Of a DNA stretch of 64,000 bases, positions 38,300-50,105 are shown piece by piece; position 1 is the first letter of the stretch, and the number at the start of each line of letters is the position of its first letter. A model generated the notes under the pieces. It was not told where the DNA came from, searched no databases, and saw only the letters and a program-made list of their open reading frames with translations. Position numbers and translations under genes: made by a program. The stretch is from Lama guanicoe (taxonomy: Eukaryota): assembly GCA_013239625.1 (NCBI GenBank), contig MU054541.1, positions 16,714,567 through 16,778,566 on the forward strand. The letters run 5' to 3'.

Positions 38300-38960
38300 G
38301 AAAAGGAGACTTGGAGGCCAAAAGCAGTGCTGCAGATATATATTACCTTTACAATGCTAAAGATTCCGTTCCCAGGAAGAGGTAACAATTCTAGATTTGT
38401 CTGCACTTAACAACCTAGCTTCAAACTGTATAAAGCAGAAATGACCAAACAAGATGGGAAGTAGACAAACAGTAACCATAGCAGGTTTTACCATGCTTTC
38501 CTTATAACTGCTAGGAGGAGACAGAATGTATATAAATACAGCAAAATGGAACAACGTGATTAACTCACTAGAGACAGGAAATACATCATGTGGCTTCGTA
38601 CACACTTGGGGCAGCTTCGCAGCCTCAGTCTCTTCCAGGGATCGTAAAAGGAGCAACACTCCCCAGCTCATTTAAGGAAGCAGTATAACTTCGATGGTGT
38701 AAGTTAACAAGAACATGAAGAGAAAAAGACACTGCAGACCAGTCTCACTAGTGACCTTTCATACAAAAATATGTACGCAAGGCCAGCAACATACAGTAAG
38801 GCTGGCACATTGTTAGCTGAGTGAGTGCATTCCAGGAATGCACATATTTAGCGTTTTGAAGTTAATTTCTATTTTATCATGTTACTTATATAAAGGAGAA
38901 AAATTATTTATTTTCTCACCAGAAGCAGAAAATTATCTGATAATAATGGAACTTTTAGTG
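38300..38960 (+). mobile_element. L1 ORF2 fragment (endonuclease and start of RT), segment 1 of an interrupted L1
   Basis: 38385-38411 translates to TILDLSALN, versus the L1 EN motif TILNIYAPN. The downstream gaccagtctcactagtg...attccaggaatgca resembles the RT region. Confidence 0.85.
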
Positions 38961-38974
38961 TGTACCAGAGTGTG

Positions 38975-39533
38975 CTGCTTAGTCTCAGGCCGGTGCGGTC
39001 ACGGACGGTCACAGATGTCACCATCGTCAACATCACCATCACCAGCATCTCATCAAGCTGTCGTGCTGTGCGCCGGAGGTCAGCAGAGCTCCAGCCTTCT
39101 GGAGGCTCGAGGGAGAACATCCTGTCTTCCTGCTTCCGGAGGTGTGCGTGTGCCATCGCTCGTGGCCGCACCCCTCCCCACTCTGTCTTCGTGCCATCGT
39201 GGCTCGTGGCCTCACTGCCTGCTCTGTCTTCGTGCCGTCGTGGCTCGTGGCCGTACCCCCTGCTCTGTCTTTGTGCCGTCGTGGCTCCTGGATGCACCCC
39301 CTCCCCCGCTCTGTCTTCGTGCCATCTCTGACTGACTTTCTTGCTTCTCTGTTCCTTAAAAGGGCCTCAGGGATCATACTGGGCCCACCTGGCTAATCCG
39401 GGACACTTAACTATTTCATGATCCTGGACTGAAGCACACGTGCAAAGACTTTTTGCTGTGAGACAGGACGTATTCACGGTTCCTGGCCGGAGGACGTGGA
39501 CATCTTTGGGGGAGCGTTATTCTGCCTAGCGCA
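38975..39533 (-). mobile_element. MLT1C/D-like MaLR LTR inserted in L1
   Basis: ttctggaggctcgagggagaa...gggcccacctggctaatcc...tgcaaagac...ggacgtggacatctttggggga...ttattctgcctagcgca. Confidence 0.85.
39150..39326 (+). repeat. Minisatellite, ~41-bp unit, ~4.2 copies
   Basis: Units start at 39150, 39191, 39232, 39273 and 39319. The consensus is gtgccrtcgtggctcgtggccgcacccc..ctctgtcttc. Confidence 0.9.
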
Positions 39534-39539
39534 GCGTAG

Positions 39540-39807
39540 CTGAAGAAAGTGTACAAAGAACATTGTGCGTAATTACGAAAATCCTGCTGTTGGAATGAGA
39601 AGGCTGCCCGCTGACACCATGCTGTTTGACTTTGCGATGGAGGATGTAGCCAGTGCCACTGGGCAAATAGGAAAACAAAATAATTAAAATTCAGGTTTGA
39701 GAAGGAAGAAACCCCCTTATTGTTTGCAGATGAGCATGACTGTGTACAAAGGAAAATCCAGAAGAACCTGTAGACATATTATTAGAATTAATACATAATT
39801 TTAGGAA
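39540..39807 (+). mobile_element. L1 ORF2 RT core, segment 2 of the interrupted L1
   Basis: 39602-39619 reads GCPLTP (L1 QGCPLSP) and 39720-39734 reads LFADE (L1 LFADD). Confidence 0.9.
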
Positions 39808-40823
39808 TGGACTTAGCTTGGCCTCTCATGACAAAATACCATAGTCTGGATGTCTGAAACAGACTTCTTCCTCAAGGCTCTGAAAGCTGGAAGTCCAAGA
39901 TCCAGGTGCAGCGGGATCAGTGAGGGCTCTGGCTCTGGCTTGTAGACGGCGACTTCCCGCTGTGTCCTCACGTGGTGGTGGTGGGGCTTTGTGGCGGGCG
40001 CTCTTCGCGGGCCCCCCTCCCGTCATGAGGCCCCTCCTCGCCTGGTCTCGCCTGACCCCGACTAGCTCCCAGGGCTTCTCCTCCAGATACCGTCTCACTG
40101 GGTGTTGGGGCTTCTGCATGTGAATTTGGGGGGGACACACTAACTCCATGGCATTCCACTCCCGATCCGTCAGAGCTCGAGTCCTTCTTGCATACAAAGT
40201 ACGTTCATTCCACCTTCCGCGGAAGTCTGGAACGTTTTTTCACCCAAGTTCTTTGCCATTTTATAACAGTTAGTTGCCTTTCCTCCAGTTTCTGATAAGT
40301 GATCCTCGTTCCTGTCCAAGACCGTACCAGACTCATCCTCAGCACCCGTGTTTCCAGTCTACATTTCAGGTCCCCTCCAGCCCCTGCCCAGTACCCAGGT
40401 GAAAAGCTGCGTCCACGTTCCAGGTACCTGTGAGAGCGGCTCAGCTCTCAGTACCGGCACCTGCCTTCTGCCATGACAGATTCCGTCGCCTGGGGCTTAA
40501 CCCTCCGAAATCCAATTTCTCGTGGTTCCGGGGGCTGCACGTCGACGGTCTGGCTGACTGGGCCCTGGGCGAGGGCTCCGTTCCTGGCGGGCGGACGGCT
40601 GGCACCTTCCTGCTGTTTCCTCACGTGTCCGGGAGGGAGAGAGGGAGCTCTGGTGTCCCTTCTGACAAGGGCACCAGTCTCACCTGGAGGGCCCCACACC
40701 AGGACCCCTGTGACCTCGTCTGACCCTACTTACCTTGTAAAGGCCCCACCCCCAATGCCATCATGTTAGGATTAGGGCTTCGGCATAGACATTTAGGGGG
40801 ACACAGATATTCAGTCCATAACA
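39808..40823 (-). mobile_element. MLT1A-like MaLR provirus: LTR (39808-40153), short internal remnant, LTR (~40456-40823)
   Basis: Two homologous LTR copies, each with gagggctc...tcctcacgtg...gggggacaca...tccatrrca. They are separated by ~300 bp resembling MLT-int termini, and the element ends attcagtccataaca. Confidence 0.8.
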
Positions 40824-41520
40824 GGGTGTTGCCAGATACAAAGTCAATACAGTGAATAAAATCAGTTTTATTTCTGTACCACAGCAACAGGCAGAAAACG
40901 GAATATTAGAAAGATTGTTTACAGTAGCAGAAAAATGTCAAATGTGGTTAAAAAAAATGTCCGGTATCACAACAGGAAAAAGCACTGGGAGGAGTTACAA
41001 AAGGCCTAAGCAAAGGAGGTGAAGTGTCGGAAGACGTAGATTCTTTCCCGACACCGCTGTGGGTTCTTTATCACAATCCCAACAGGTAGGTGTGCACGTG
41101 AGCCGACAGGCTGGTGGTCAAGTGTGTGTGGAAGTGCGGAGGGACGGGGACACCACACCCCGTGGGAGGAGACAGCTCGGGGCGGCTCAGTTGTTCACGA
41201 CGATTCGTGTGTAGTCACGGTAGTTAAAGCACTGAGGTGTCGGCCTGACAGCACCAAGGACGGAGGGAGAGCAGAGGCGCGAGCGCCAGCACGGTGTGTG
41301 CGCTGTCCTGCCCGCGGCCGGCCACGTGGAAGAACCTTGCATCACGTGCGACGGCTCCAGGTGGACTATAGTATAGGTCTGAGTGTTGAAGCAAAGTAAG
41401 TCATCTTCTAGGCCATCATTAGCAGAGTGTTTTCATGACTCAATGTAGGGGAAGGTTTTTCATCCAGGACGTAAAAATTCACCAGATTAGTTGCTTGGTC
41501 TTTGCGGCTGGAATTACTTC
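40824..41520 (+). mobile_element. L1 ORF2 3' part, segment 3 of the interrupted L1
   Basis: gttgccagatacaaagtcaatac...aatcagttttatttctgtac..cagcaac continues the L1 consensus from where segment 2 stops. Confidence 0.8.
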
Positions 41521-43151
41521 CCGCCTGTCGGCCGTCAGGGAGCTGGAGGAGGGAGAAGTCTACACCGGGAGAGTGAGCACCGAGCTCCTGGGCACTGGCT
41601 TTAAGGGTTTTTGCACCTTGCAGTGGTGGTGTTTGTACACAGTGTAGACGCAGTGGTCGAGCATTGAAGGAACACTGGCCCAGCTTCATCGGGTGGCCTC
41701 TGGAGTGGCAGCCCGGTTATCAGACTGATGCCCAGTTTTCTAAAACGAGATGTCATTTGCCATACGGAATATTCCTTATGGGGTGACAATGCTTTTTAAA
41801 AATACTCACGATGTATAATTTTACTTTATGAGACTTTAGTCTTAAAAATTATGTGAACGATTTGGATATAATTCATTTTAAAAACAACCATGCCAGACAA
41901 CTTGCTACTTCAGAGGAATTCCACGCCGCGTTTGCTTTACAAAGACAGAGACCCCTCTGGGGCCGGGAACTGTGCGTCGCCCCGTGCCTCTGGGCCACTG
42001 CTTCCTGGGGTTGTGCACAAGGATGCTTCACTTGCGTACTTTGTGCTCATATCTTAATACAACTCAGACTGTGCACGGCCATCGACAGAGATGGGTCACT
42101 GTGTTCCAGCGGGTAACATCAGACGTCCGCTACGGCGAGCCTGTAACTTAGGGTGTGAGCTGGGTGTTGCTGTTAGTATGTGTGTGTTCAGGCTGCTTCT
42201 GAGTTTTGTGTCTGGAGTTTGTCCAAACATACCTGTGAAGTGACATTTGTACTCAGCACAGTCAGCCTCCGGTAATCCCCGCATGCATGCGAGCCTGCCT
42301 GCGGTCCCAAGAGCGCACGGTGGTGGGTGTTTCTGCTTGGATGTAAGAGTAACTCCGCAGACCGTCCCTTGCGGCAAGGAGCAGGGTGGACGTGGGGTGG
42401 GCGGAGCACTTCTGGTGTCACACCCACTGCCTCTGTTTCTTCATCGCTCCCCCCCGACGGGTTCCTTGCTTTCTCTCCACGTGGCTCGTTGTGGTGCACT
42501 TTCTGCCGTTCACACCGGAAGTTTTTCTGGTAGTCTCCAAATGTGTATGTTCTTACAGGATCATACTTAATGCACAGTTGTTGTTTAGAACACGTGTGAA
42601 GCGGTGTGTTCACCAGACCCCTGCTCTCCCCCTCCCCCCGTCCCGGGGGCCCCAGCAGGTGAGGGTCTGGGAGGGACCCGCCGTCTGCAGCGCATGGTGG
42701 GGAGGACATCGAGGGTTCAGTGGGCAGGGTGGCCTGGGTGTCCAGAGGGCTCCGTGAAAACGTCCCAGGCACGATGGTTTAATTAAATGGCCTCAGATGA
42801 GCGTCACGGGGGCTGTTCTCACGACCTGCGGCCTTTTACGTGACACACCACGTTCTCCGGGCAACTGAAACGGTCACGCTCCCCTGTGCTTTATTTCTTC
42901 GTTTACTGCTTTGTCACAGGGGTGCGCACCGCGGCGCTCTTCTGGGTGTCGTTCCTCCATTCTGTCGCCCGTTGCAGAAGGCTTTGCGGTCATTAGAGAT
43001 CCTGCTTCTGCAGGCACCACGTGTGCATGTTGTGTACATGGGTGCACGTGGGCCTCCTGTGGCCTCATGCTGAGCACTCGCTGGCGCTCACCTTGCTCCA
43101 GAGACGCCGACTTCCCTACCGCTGGTTCCACTGCGCAGTGCCCTTGCAGCT

Positions 43152-43330
43152 CTTTTTTGTGTGTGTGTGTGTTTCTTTAATTGAGATGTAGTCAGTTTAC
43201 AATGTTGTGTCAGTCCTGGTGCACAGCACAGCGCTGTGTCACACGTGAACACGCAGACATTTGCTTTCATGTTCTTTTCCACCACGAGCTGCTGCAGGAT
43301 ACCGCACAGAGCTGCCCGTGCTCTCGCAGC
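43152..43330 (-). mobile_element. L1 3' end (camelid/artiodactyl-type), with (GT)n at the tail
   Basis: tttaattgagatgtagtcagtttacaatgttgtgtcagtcctggtgcacagca...tttcatgttctttt. Confidence 0.8.
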
Positions 43331-46300
43331 TCTGAGAGCGGATGTGTTTTTCTGTTCAAGTCAGCGTGCCCTCTGGTAGTAAGGAACACGTGACTCACGG
43401 GCGCAGGGGTGGTGTGACGAGCGTGTTCGCTCAAAGCGCCAGCGTTTCAGACAGCAGGTGGGCCAGCAGGTTGTGTTCCTGTTTCCCGGTGCACATTCTG
43501 AATAGTAGCCGCTCTCTGTTTTCAGACACACTGGTTCTGTCTCTAAACTGCCTGCTCACACGATTGCATTTGCTTCGGTAGGGTTTCGGCCCGGTGGACG
43601 GGCTCGCATGACTCGGCGCTGCGCAGGCCGGGGCTCGCCACGGCCCTCCCCTTATGAATGCATTTTCTCTCCCTCTGTGTGGAGAGATGATTGTGGTCTA
43701 GCGGTCCTCTTATTCAGGTGGCGGGGAACCGTGTGGGGCTGCGCTCTCGGGGGAGCACGTGCAGCGAGGTTCCCCCTCCCGCTGTGTTCGGTTAGCATCT
43801 CCAGGCAGAGGTTCTCAGTAGCTGAGATTCTGAATTGATCACGTTTTTGATCTCAGATGTCATCTTGCTAGTGGCAGCTGAGAGCAGCTCATGTCCCCGC
43901 GGGGCCGAGCCGCCCCCGGTCGGGCGGGCGCGTTTCTGCGGGGCACTTCCTTGCTGCTTGCTTCTCCCAGGCCTTTGCGTCTGGGAAGCGCCTTTGAGAA
44001 AAGCGACCTGGAGCCATGTCTCCTTGCAGGGTTTTTGCTTTTTATCTCTTGTCCCCACACAGCAGGACATGGCTCTGCCAGTCAGCCTGGTCTCGCTGTG
44101 GCGGAGGGGCCGGTGGGGCAGGACAGGACTGGTGCGCAGGGCGCCGAGCACCCAGACCTGCTGTCTTCCCCGGCCTGCTGGCCTGCTGTCCAGCTTCTGC
44201 CCTGAGAGCTCACCTATCAAAACACTTTGTCGGTGGGAGGGATGTGGCGTGACCCTACACTTAGCTCTGCCCCGACTCCCAGTCTGTCAGCAGACAGCTG
44301 CCTTGCACCCACAGGCCTGCGTCCCCACCCTGGGCTGGGGACACTTCCTGGGCTGGGGACAAACCCACATTGTGTCACTTGGGCGGGAGAGGCAGGGCCC
44401 ATGACAGGCTCTGCTCCACGAGGGTCTTTGGTGAGCCAGGCCTTCCCCCCTGGATTTCAGGGCTCAAGGTTAATGTTAGGTGTGGGGCTTACCGAGTGAG
44501 TGGGTGCACTGTAGACACAGGGTGGAGGAGGGGCCGGGGCTCACACCACCTGTGATGGGGGTGCGGTGTCCTCTCTGCCCTCGCTCTCCTCCGGCCCGTC
44601 TGCATTTACTCCTCATCTTTCTGCTTTAGGAACAATGTGCACGTTAGCAACTTTGAGACCCTAGTGATGAGAAGGCCACTCCAGGGTCTGTAAACACTGG
44701 GGAGACCCCGAGACAGGCGGGGAGTCCAGGCTCCCTCATCACAGCCTCGTTTGTAGAAAATGCTTTAAAATGTGGCTGAACAATGATGCTGTCACAGACG
44801 TGCAGTTTTCTTCTGGGCGCAAGGTGGGACCCACCCTCCCCGCCCATTTGATCTCTGACTTTCCTGAGCTGGTTTCCTTTGCTGCCCTGTGCCCCCGCCC
44901 CCCATTGTTCTGGAAGCTCAGCCAGGATGCAGCCTCTTTGTTCCTGGGGGTCCGGGATGAGCGGCCCCACCGTGCGCGGACCCGTGTGGCAGTGGGAATG
45001 TTCTGTTTGAAGTCTCCTGCTCCTGCCACATGGCAGCGCTCTGACCCACTCAGACTGGAAATCAGTCTGCTTTGCCTTCCTTTTGCACCGTTTGCAAATC
45101 TCCACTAAGATTTTCATCTCTCCCCTACTTTCCTTTCTTTTCCTTCTACAAGAAAGAGCATTCAGAAGGGGAGGGCCGTGGCGAGCCCCGGCCTGCGCAG
45201 CGCCAAGCGGACGGTCGGTGCGCCCTTTCTGTTGGGCGCTCTTCAGTGGAGACGCCTCTCACTAGGGGACATGGACGCTCGTGACCCTGCCGAGGCTCTT
45301 CTGTCTCCTGAGTCCCCGCCGCCACCTCCTTTCTGCCCCCAGAAACGAATCCCAGTGGAGCAGAGGAGACGTAGAGGCGTGCAGGGGGTGCTTATTGTGA
45401 ACCCCTCTTCTGACGGTGCGTCCTTCGGCCCAGGTGCCGCAGGAGGACCTGCACCCACACTGACGTGGGGGACACCGCCTGCCAGGTTTCAGGACAGCAG
45501 CACCGCACAGGCTCGCTGTCCTCTCCATGAAGCAGCTCTGTCTTCGGTTCATTTCCCCTGGAACGCTCTTCATGGAGATAACCGCGCACTCTCAGTACGT
45601 CCTCTGTTTACATCCTGACATTTACAGGAAGACAATTATCATTAATCAGCATATATGATTCTATTGTTTGAAGCTGTCTTGGCGCTTTGCCTGGAGCCCT
45701 GCTCACTCGGAATAGACAGTGGACAGACACTGCAGTGGACAACCCAGGAGTGTCTGCACAGGCACTGGGGACGGCTGAAGCCCGGAGCCGTAGAAGTGCC
45801 AAGGGTCCCTGAGACAGACCTTCCCATGAGGACGTCCCTGGGGTTTCCAGGTGCGGCAGCAAACCAACCCGATACTCAGCAACAAGACGCCGAAAAGCAG
45901 TGATCTTGTTTGCAGTGAGCAAACATGTTGCAGAATCAGCGAGTGAGTTGATTCCTGCGACGTGCGTTTATAGAAGACAGCGTCGTGATCTGTTTCACTG
46001 CTGTGTTTAGATCTTTATCCAGCCAGAACCTAATTTATCAACACCTTGTTATCTCAAATGCTTTCCACAGCAGGGTCATAAATCCTCCCTAAAAGGGCCT
46101 CATTTCACCCTGTAATTAAGTCTCCCTGATCCCCTTCACGGACTTGAGAAGGGGGTTAAGGGTTTGCTGATTTTCATTACGCGCACAAATGCTTGTGTTA
46201 AATCCAAGCAGGCTGGAAGGAGAACGGTGTCCTTGCCAGATTCGAGCTTCACTTAGGACAGCTCCCGTGATGTGTATGACGGGGAGGGGGGGTGCACAGA

Positions 46301-46984
46301 AGTGAGTGGGAGAGCCTGGAGGACTCGCGAGACACAGAAAAGAGGAAAACGTGAAAGAGACGGCGTCAAGGCGGAGGCGGGAGGCGAGAGCAGTGGGTGC
46401 CTCTGTGGGAAGTAAAGGAAGACGTGCTGAAGGCTGACTCGTTGCTTGGGTTGGCCCTGAGGATGGAGGAGCTCTGAGCTTCAGGAGATGAGAGGGGAGA
46501 CACGGCTCAGAGGTGCGGAGGAGCACGGGGGAAAGGAAGTCTGCCCCGCGGGCGAGCGGGGGACGTGCCCTCGGCGGTCCGCGGGGAGGCCTGCCTGAGC
46601 TGCCCGAGCCTGGACCGGGTTCTGCCTGTGACCCTCAGAGGGGTGTGATGCTGAGAGTCCGGAATCCTGAAAGGCAGCCTAGGGAACAGTGTTTGCTCAG
46701 GTAGTAGGAGGCTTGGAAGCGGGCGACTCGAGGCGGTGTGGCCGGTCGCGGCGCTGTGCGGGCGGCGGGGGCCCCTGCCGTTCCTCTCGGCCGTCCTCCC
46801 TGCACGCCCTTCCACGTGGTCTCTGGGTGGTCGCCTCACTGGGGCAGGGGTTCTCAGGCAACACCGGGAGAACTGTCGCTCTGGGAAAATGGCTGCAGGC
46901 GTGGCCTGGGGGCCAGACGAGCCCGGAGGTCGGACGGCTGCTGCACTCTGTGACAGCGTCGCTCAGCGGTCGCTCACTTCCTAG

Positions 46985-47225
46985 ACGGTGCACAGTTCAG
47001 TGGTTTTTAGCACATTCACAAAGCTGTGCCACCGTTGTCACAGTTGGCCTTGAACACAGTTGTCGTCACCCCAGGAAGAAAGCCCTTTCCTGTCACAGTC
47101 GCTGGTTGCCTCCAAGACCCTCAACCCGTGGCAGCTCCTCCGCACCCCCCGCCTCTGTGGCTGGGCCTGTTCTGCACACTTCAGGTAAATGGGTCACATA
47201 ATGCACAGTCTGTTGTAACTGGCAG
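46985..47225 (-). mobile_element. L1MB-like 3' UTR fragment
   Basis: gtgcacagttcagtggtttttagcacattcacaaagctgtgccacc...caccccaggaagaaagccc...gtaaatgggtcacataat. Confidence 0.8.
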
Positions 47226-48854
47226 TCACTGCATTTTTAAATGGTTGTAGAAGAAAAACAGAAAGAATGCACAACAGATTGTGTATGGCCTGCAGAGTTG
47301 AAAGCATTCACTGTCCAGCCCTTAACAGAAAGGCCTGCGGACTTGCCATAGGTCAGTGTGCGTTTTTGATCAGAGGGACTTTTGAGCACGTCCCTCCTAT
47401 ATACGTACTACATGCATTTACACAAATACGTGTATTTGTATGTTGTGTGCCCTAGTCCAGTACCATGTATTTTATAAATTATTCATTCAAAAATTGAAAT
47501 GAAAGCGATAAAAACAAATATAAAAGTTTGAGTATTTTTCCATTTCTCTATGAAGGATTCTGTGTGCCTCTCTATGGGTGCATGTTCCACTCAGGATCGG
47601 TGAGGCCGGAATATTTATTTATAAATAGACGGCATTAGAAACATCTTGGCATTTATCAAGAACACAGGACCCAGGCCTCAGAGCTCCTGAGAGACTCCGA
47701 GTTGAGCCGGAGAACCTGCATCCTGTGAGAACCTGGTGATTCTGACGTCAGTCAGGCCCCCTGCCCTGCCCTCGGCTCTCGGGTCCCGCATACAGGCCCA
47801 TGGCAGGGACAGCGCCGGGAACCACAGGCCCAAGAAAGCAAATTTCCAGGAACGTTCATATAATGAGAACATCCTTTTAAGACATGCATTTCTTCTTAGG
47901 AATCAAACATTGCCGCTTTGTCCTTGGGAAGTACCCTGAAGGCGGTTTAAGTTTCAGTGATTAAGTGAAGAGTTTGGTGGGTGCCTGACCAGTTTCAACA
48001 CGCGTGTTTTCCAGAATGTCTGTGAGGGCTTCCTTGGGCCCCGGGACAGAAGTGCTGGAAATTCTTCCCCCTGTCTGCCATCAAACCATGTGGTGCTTCT
48101 TGAGGGGGGTGAATGCTGCTCCAGTTAGCGGGTTAGGAGCAGGATAGCCGGACCTTCGGGGGCTTCTCGGAGAGCCCTCCCTGTTAACTGCACGGTTGGG
48201 TTTATGGTTTCTTTAAGCAATTACTATTCATTGGTTAATGAATCATTGAATCATTGACTCGGTGATTTTGCGTGTATCATTCCGTGGTCATATGGTTTGG
48301 CTCAAATGACAAATGAAGAAAACATCCATTTAAAATAATCCAGGAAAGGGAACGACTGGGGTTCCACAGACCTCGGTCTTTCTCTTCCTGTGGCTGTTCA
48401 TTCAGCTGGTGCATTCGTTCGGCAAGATTTATATATTCTTTCCTCTGAGTCAGAACCGGTAACTTTGTTCAGCCACATGTTGCAAGGGCTTTATTTATTT
48501 CACTTTCATTTTTGTGACTTTTAATTTGGGGATTTTAAAAATGAAATTTGAAAAATTCCCAACTGTTGTTAAAGGTTTTCCTTGCACTCCCTCCGTCCAG
48601 GATTCAGTGAGTTGCCTCGCCAGCCAGTAAGAGCAACTGCTCTGTGTCTGTCGAGATGGGTTGCGCTCCAAGGACCGACGCTGTTTTTACTGTGCCCTTT
48701 TGGGAGGCGCTTCGGCTAGCAGTTGAATTGGCGGGTTTGCAGTAACGCGTGGAGCTCTGACTACAAGTTACGTTGCTGGTTAAATCAGACTCCTTGTGAG
48801 TAAGTCGCTTTTTCTTGTTTGCCTGCATGTGTATTTTTACTTCTGTAAGCGCCA

Positions 48855-48945
48855 CAAGGCCAGGGATCTTTGTTTTGTTCTCTGGGCTTGCTAGGCGCCT
48901 AAAATACTATCTGTCACTCGGTAAATATTTAATGAATGAGTGGAT
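48855..48945 (+). mobile_element. L2 3' end
   Basis: cagggatctttgttttgttctctg...cactcggtaaatatttaatgaatgagtg. Confidence 0.75.
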
Positions 48946-49227
48946 TCCAGGACTTATTTTGAAAAGGGTTTAAGGAGTGTTAAGGAGTGCAGTGATACGT
49001 CCAATATGCTGAGAGAAAATAGACTTAATATTGCTGAGGAAGAAGCTGAGGCAGTGGGAAAGTGTAGGTGGGACAGTACCAGGACCAGATCAGTGTGCAG
49101 ATCACACGTGTGAAATTTGACCAACTTCCCGCTGAAGGGGTGTAGGTTTGGCTTTGCCATTTCCAGCTGCACAGGATTCTGTAGAAGGCAGATAAAAGGC
49201 AAATTAGATTTACTGTCCCTTCAGCGT

Positions 49228-49247
49228 CCTTGACCTTGACCTTGACC
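49228..49247 (-). promoter_or_regulatory. Nuclear-receptor DR0 array (TCAAGGTCAAGGTCA)
   Basis: (CCTTGA)3CC on +. The reverse strand contains the GCNF DR0 and ERR/NR5A extended half-site consensus. Confidence 0.4.
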
Positions 49248-49868
49248 AGAGCGTCCCTTTCGGACGCTCGATGTTGATCACAGGGAGACGGGGCGGAGGG
49301 TGTCTGTCACCCCCACCAGGAGGGCGGTTCAGTGTGGCCTTGCGGACGCCGGGCCAGCCAGCGCCACCAGTGCCCCGACGGGGGGCCACGAATGTTCCCT
49401 TCCCTTTGATCATCTGCGCTTGTTCCTTGTGGACCTTTGTGTGTCCACACTTTCAGTATTAGTTCTGATTGTAAAATTACACGCTTTCAACAGAGGTGCA
49501 AAGTTTAGAGGAAACGAGGCCATGATAAAACACAAAGTGCTTTTTTCTCAGAAAGCGTTTTATTAAAATGTTCGTTGTACTTTCAAAGTCTTAAAACTGT
49601 AGAGGCCACAAAGTGATAACCGTGAACCTAATGTCTCCTAAAGGTATGGCTGTCTAAAACTCAGAAGAGAACGTGCGGAGCCTTTAGGGTTTAATGGCCT
49701 GCCCGCCTCTTGCCTGCGGTCTCTCCTCGGCCCCCGGCCCCCGACGGCCAGTAACAGGCGGTTCTCACAGCCCCGCTTTGCTCTTTCCCTGGACTCCGCC
49801 TGGCTGTCTTCACACGTCTCACGGGCTGTGTTCTCTGTGACACCATTCCTGGTCACCACGTCTAAAAC

Positions 49869-49922
49869 TACACGCGTGCGCGCACACACACACGAACACA
49901 CACAGCGCACGCGCGCGCGTGC
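49869..49922. repeat. Alternating purine-pyrimidine (CA/CG) tract, Z-DNA prone
   Basis: tacacgcgtgcgcgcacacacacacg...gcgcacgcgcgcgcgtgc. Confidence 0.8.
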
Positions 49923-49989
49923 TCTCTCTGTCCCTCCGTCGCTCTGTCTTCTCCCTGCAGCACCTGCCACCGGCCGGCACGTTACTTGC

Positions 49990-50105
49990 CCACCTGGTCG
50001 GGCGTCTCTCCGACTGCGTCTTTGTCTGCTGCTCAGGCCTGTGCCTTCGTGCCTGGGGTACCTGGGCCGTAGACAAGGTCCCATGTTTGTTGAGCGAATG
50101 GGTTC
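49990..50105 (+). mobile_element. L2 3' end, GC-shifted
   Basis: gtctttgtctgctgct...gtgcctggggtacctgggccgtag...catgtttgttgagcgaatgg. Confidence 0.5.

Noticed and set aside
39150-39326. Possible CRISPR-like repeat array
   Set aside because: The units are head-to-tail degenerate copies without unique spacers, the context is eukaryotic, and there are no cas genes.
38838-39396. ORFs with repeated peptides (SVFVPSWL...)
   Set aside because: They are translations of the LTR-derived minisatellite.
44329-44361. 18-bp tandem duplication (similar 10-bp duplications at ~25060 and ~48969)
   Set aside because: These are ordinary slippage duplications with no sign of function.
47800-47820. REST/RE1 site
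   Set aside because: Only the right half-site GGACAGCGCC is present.
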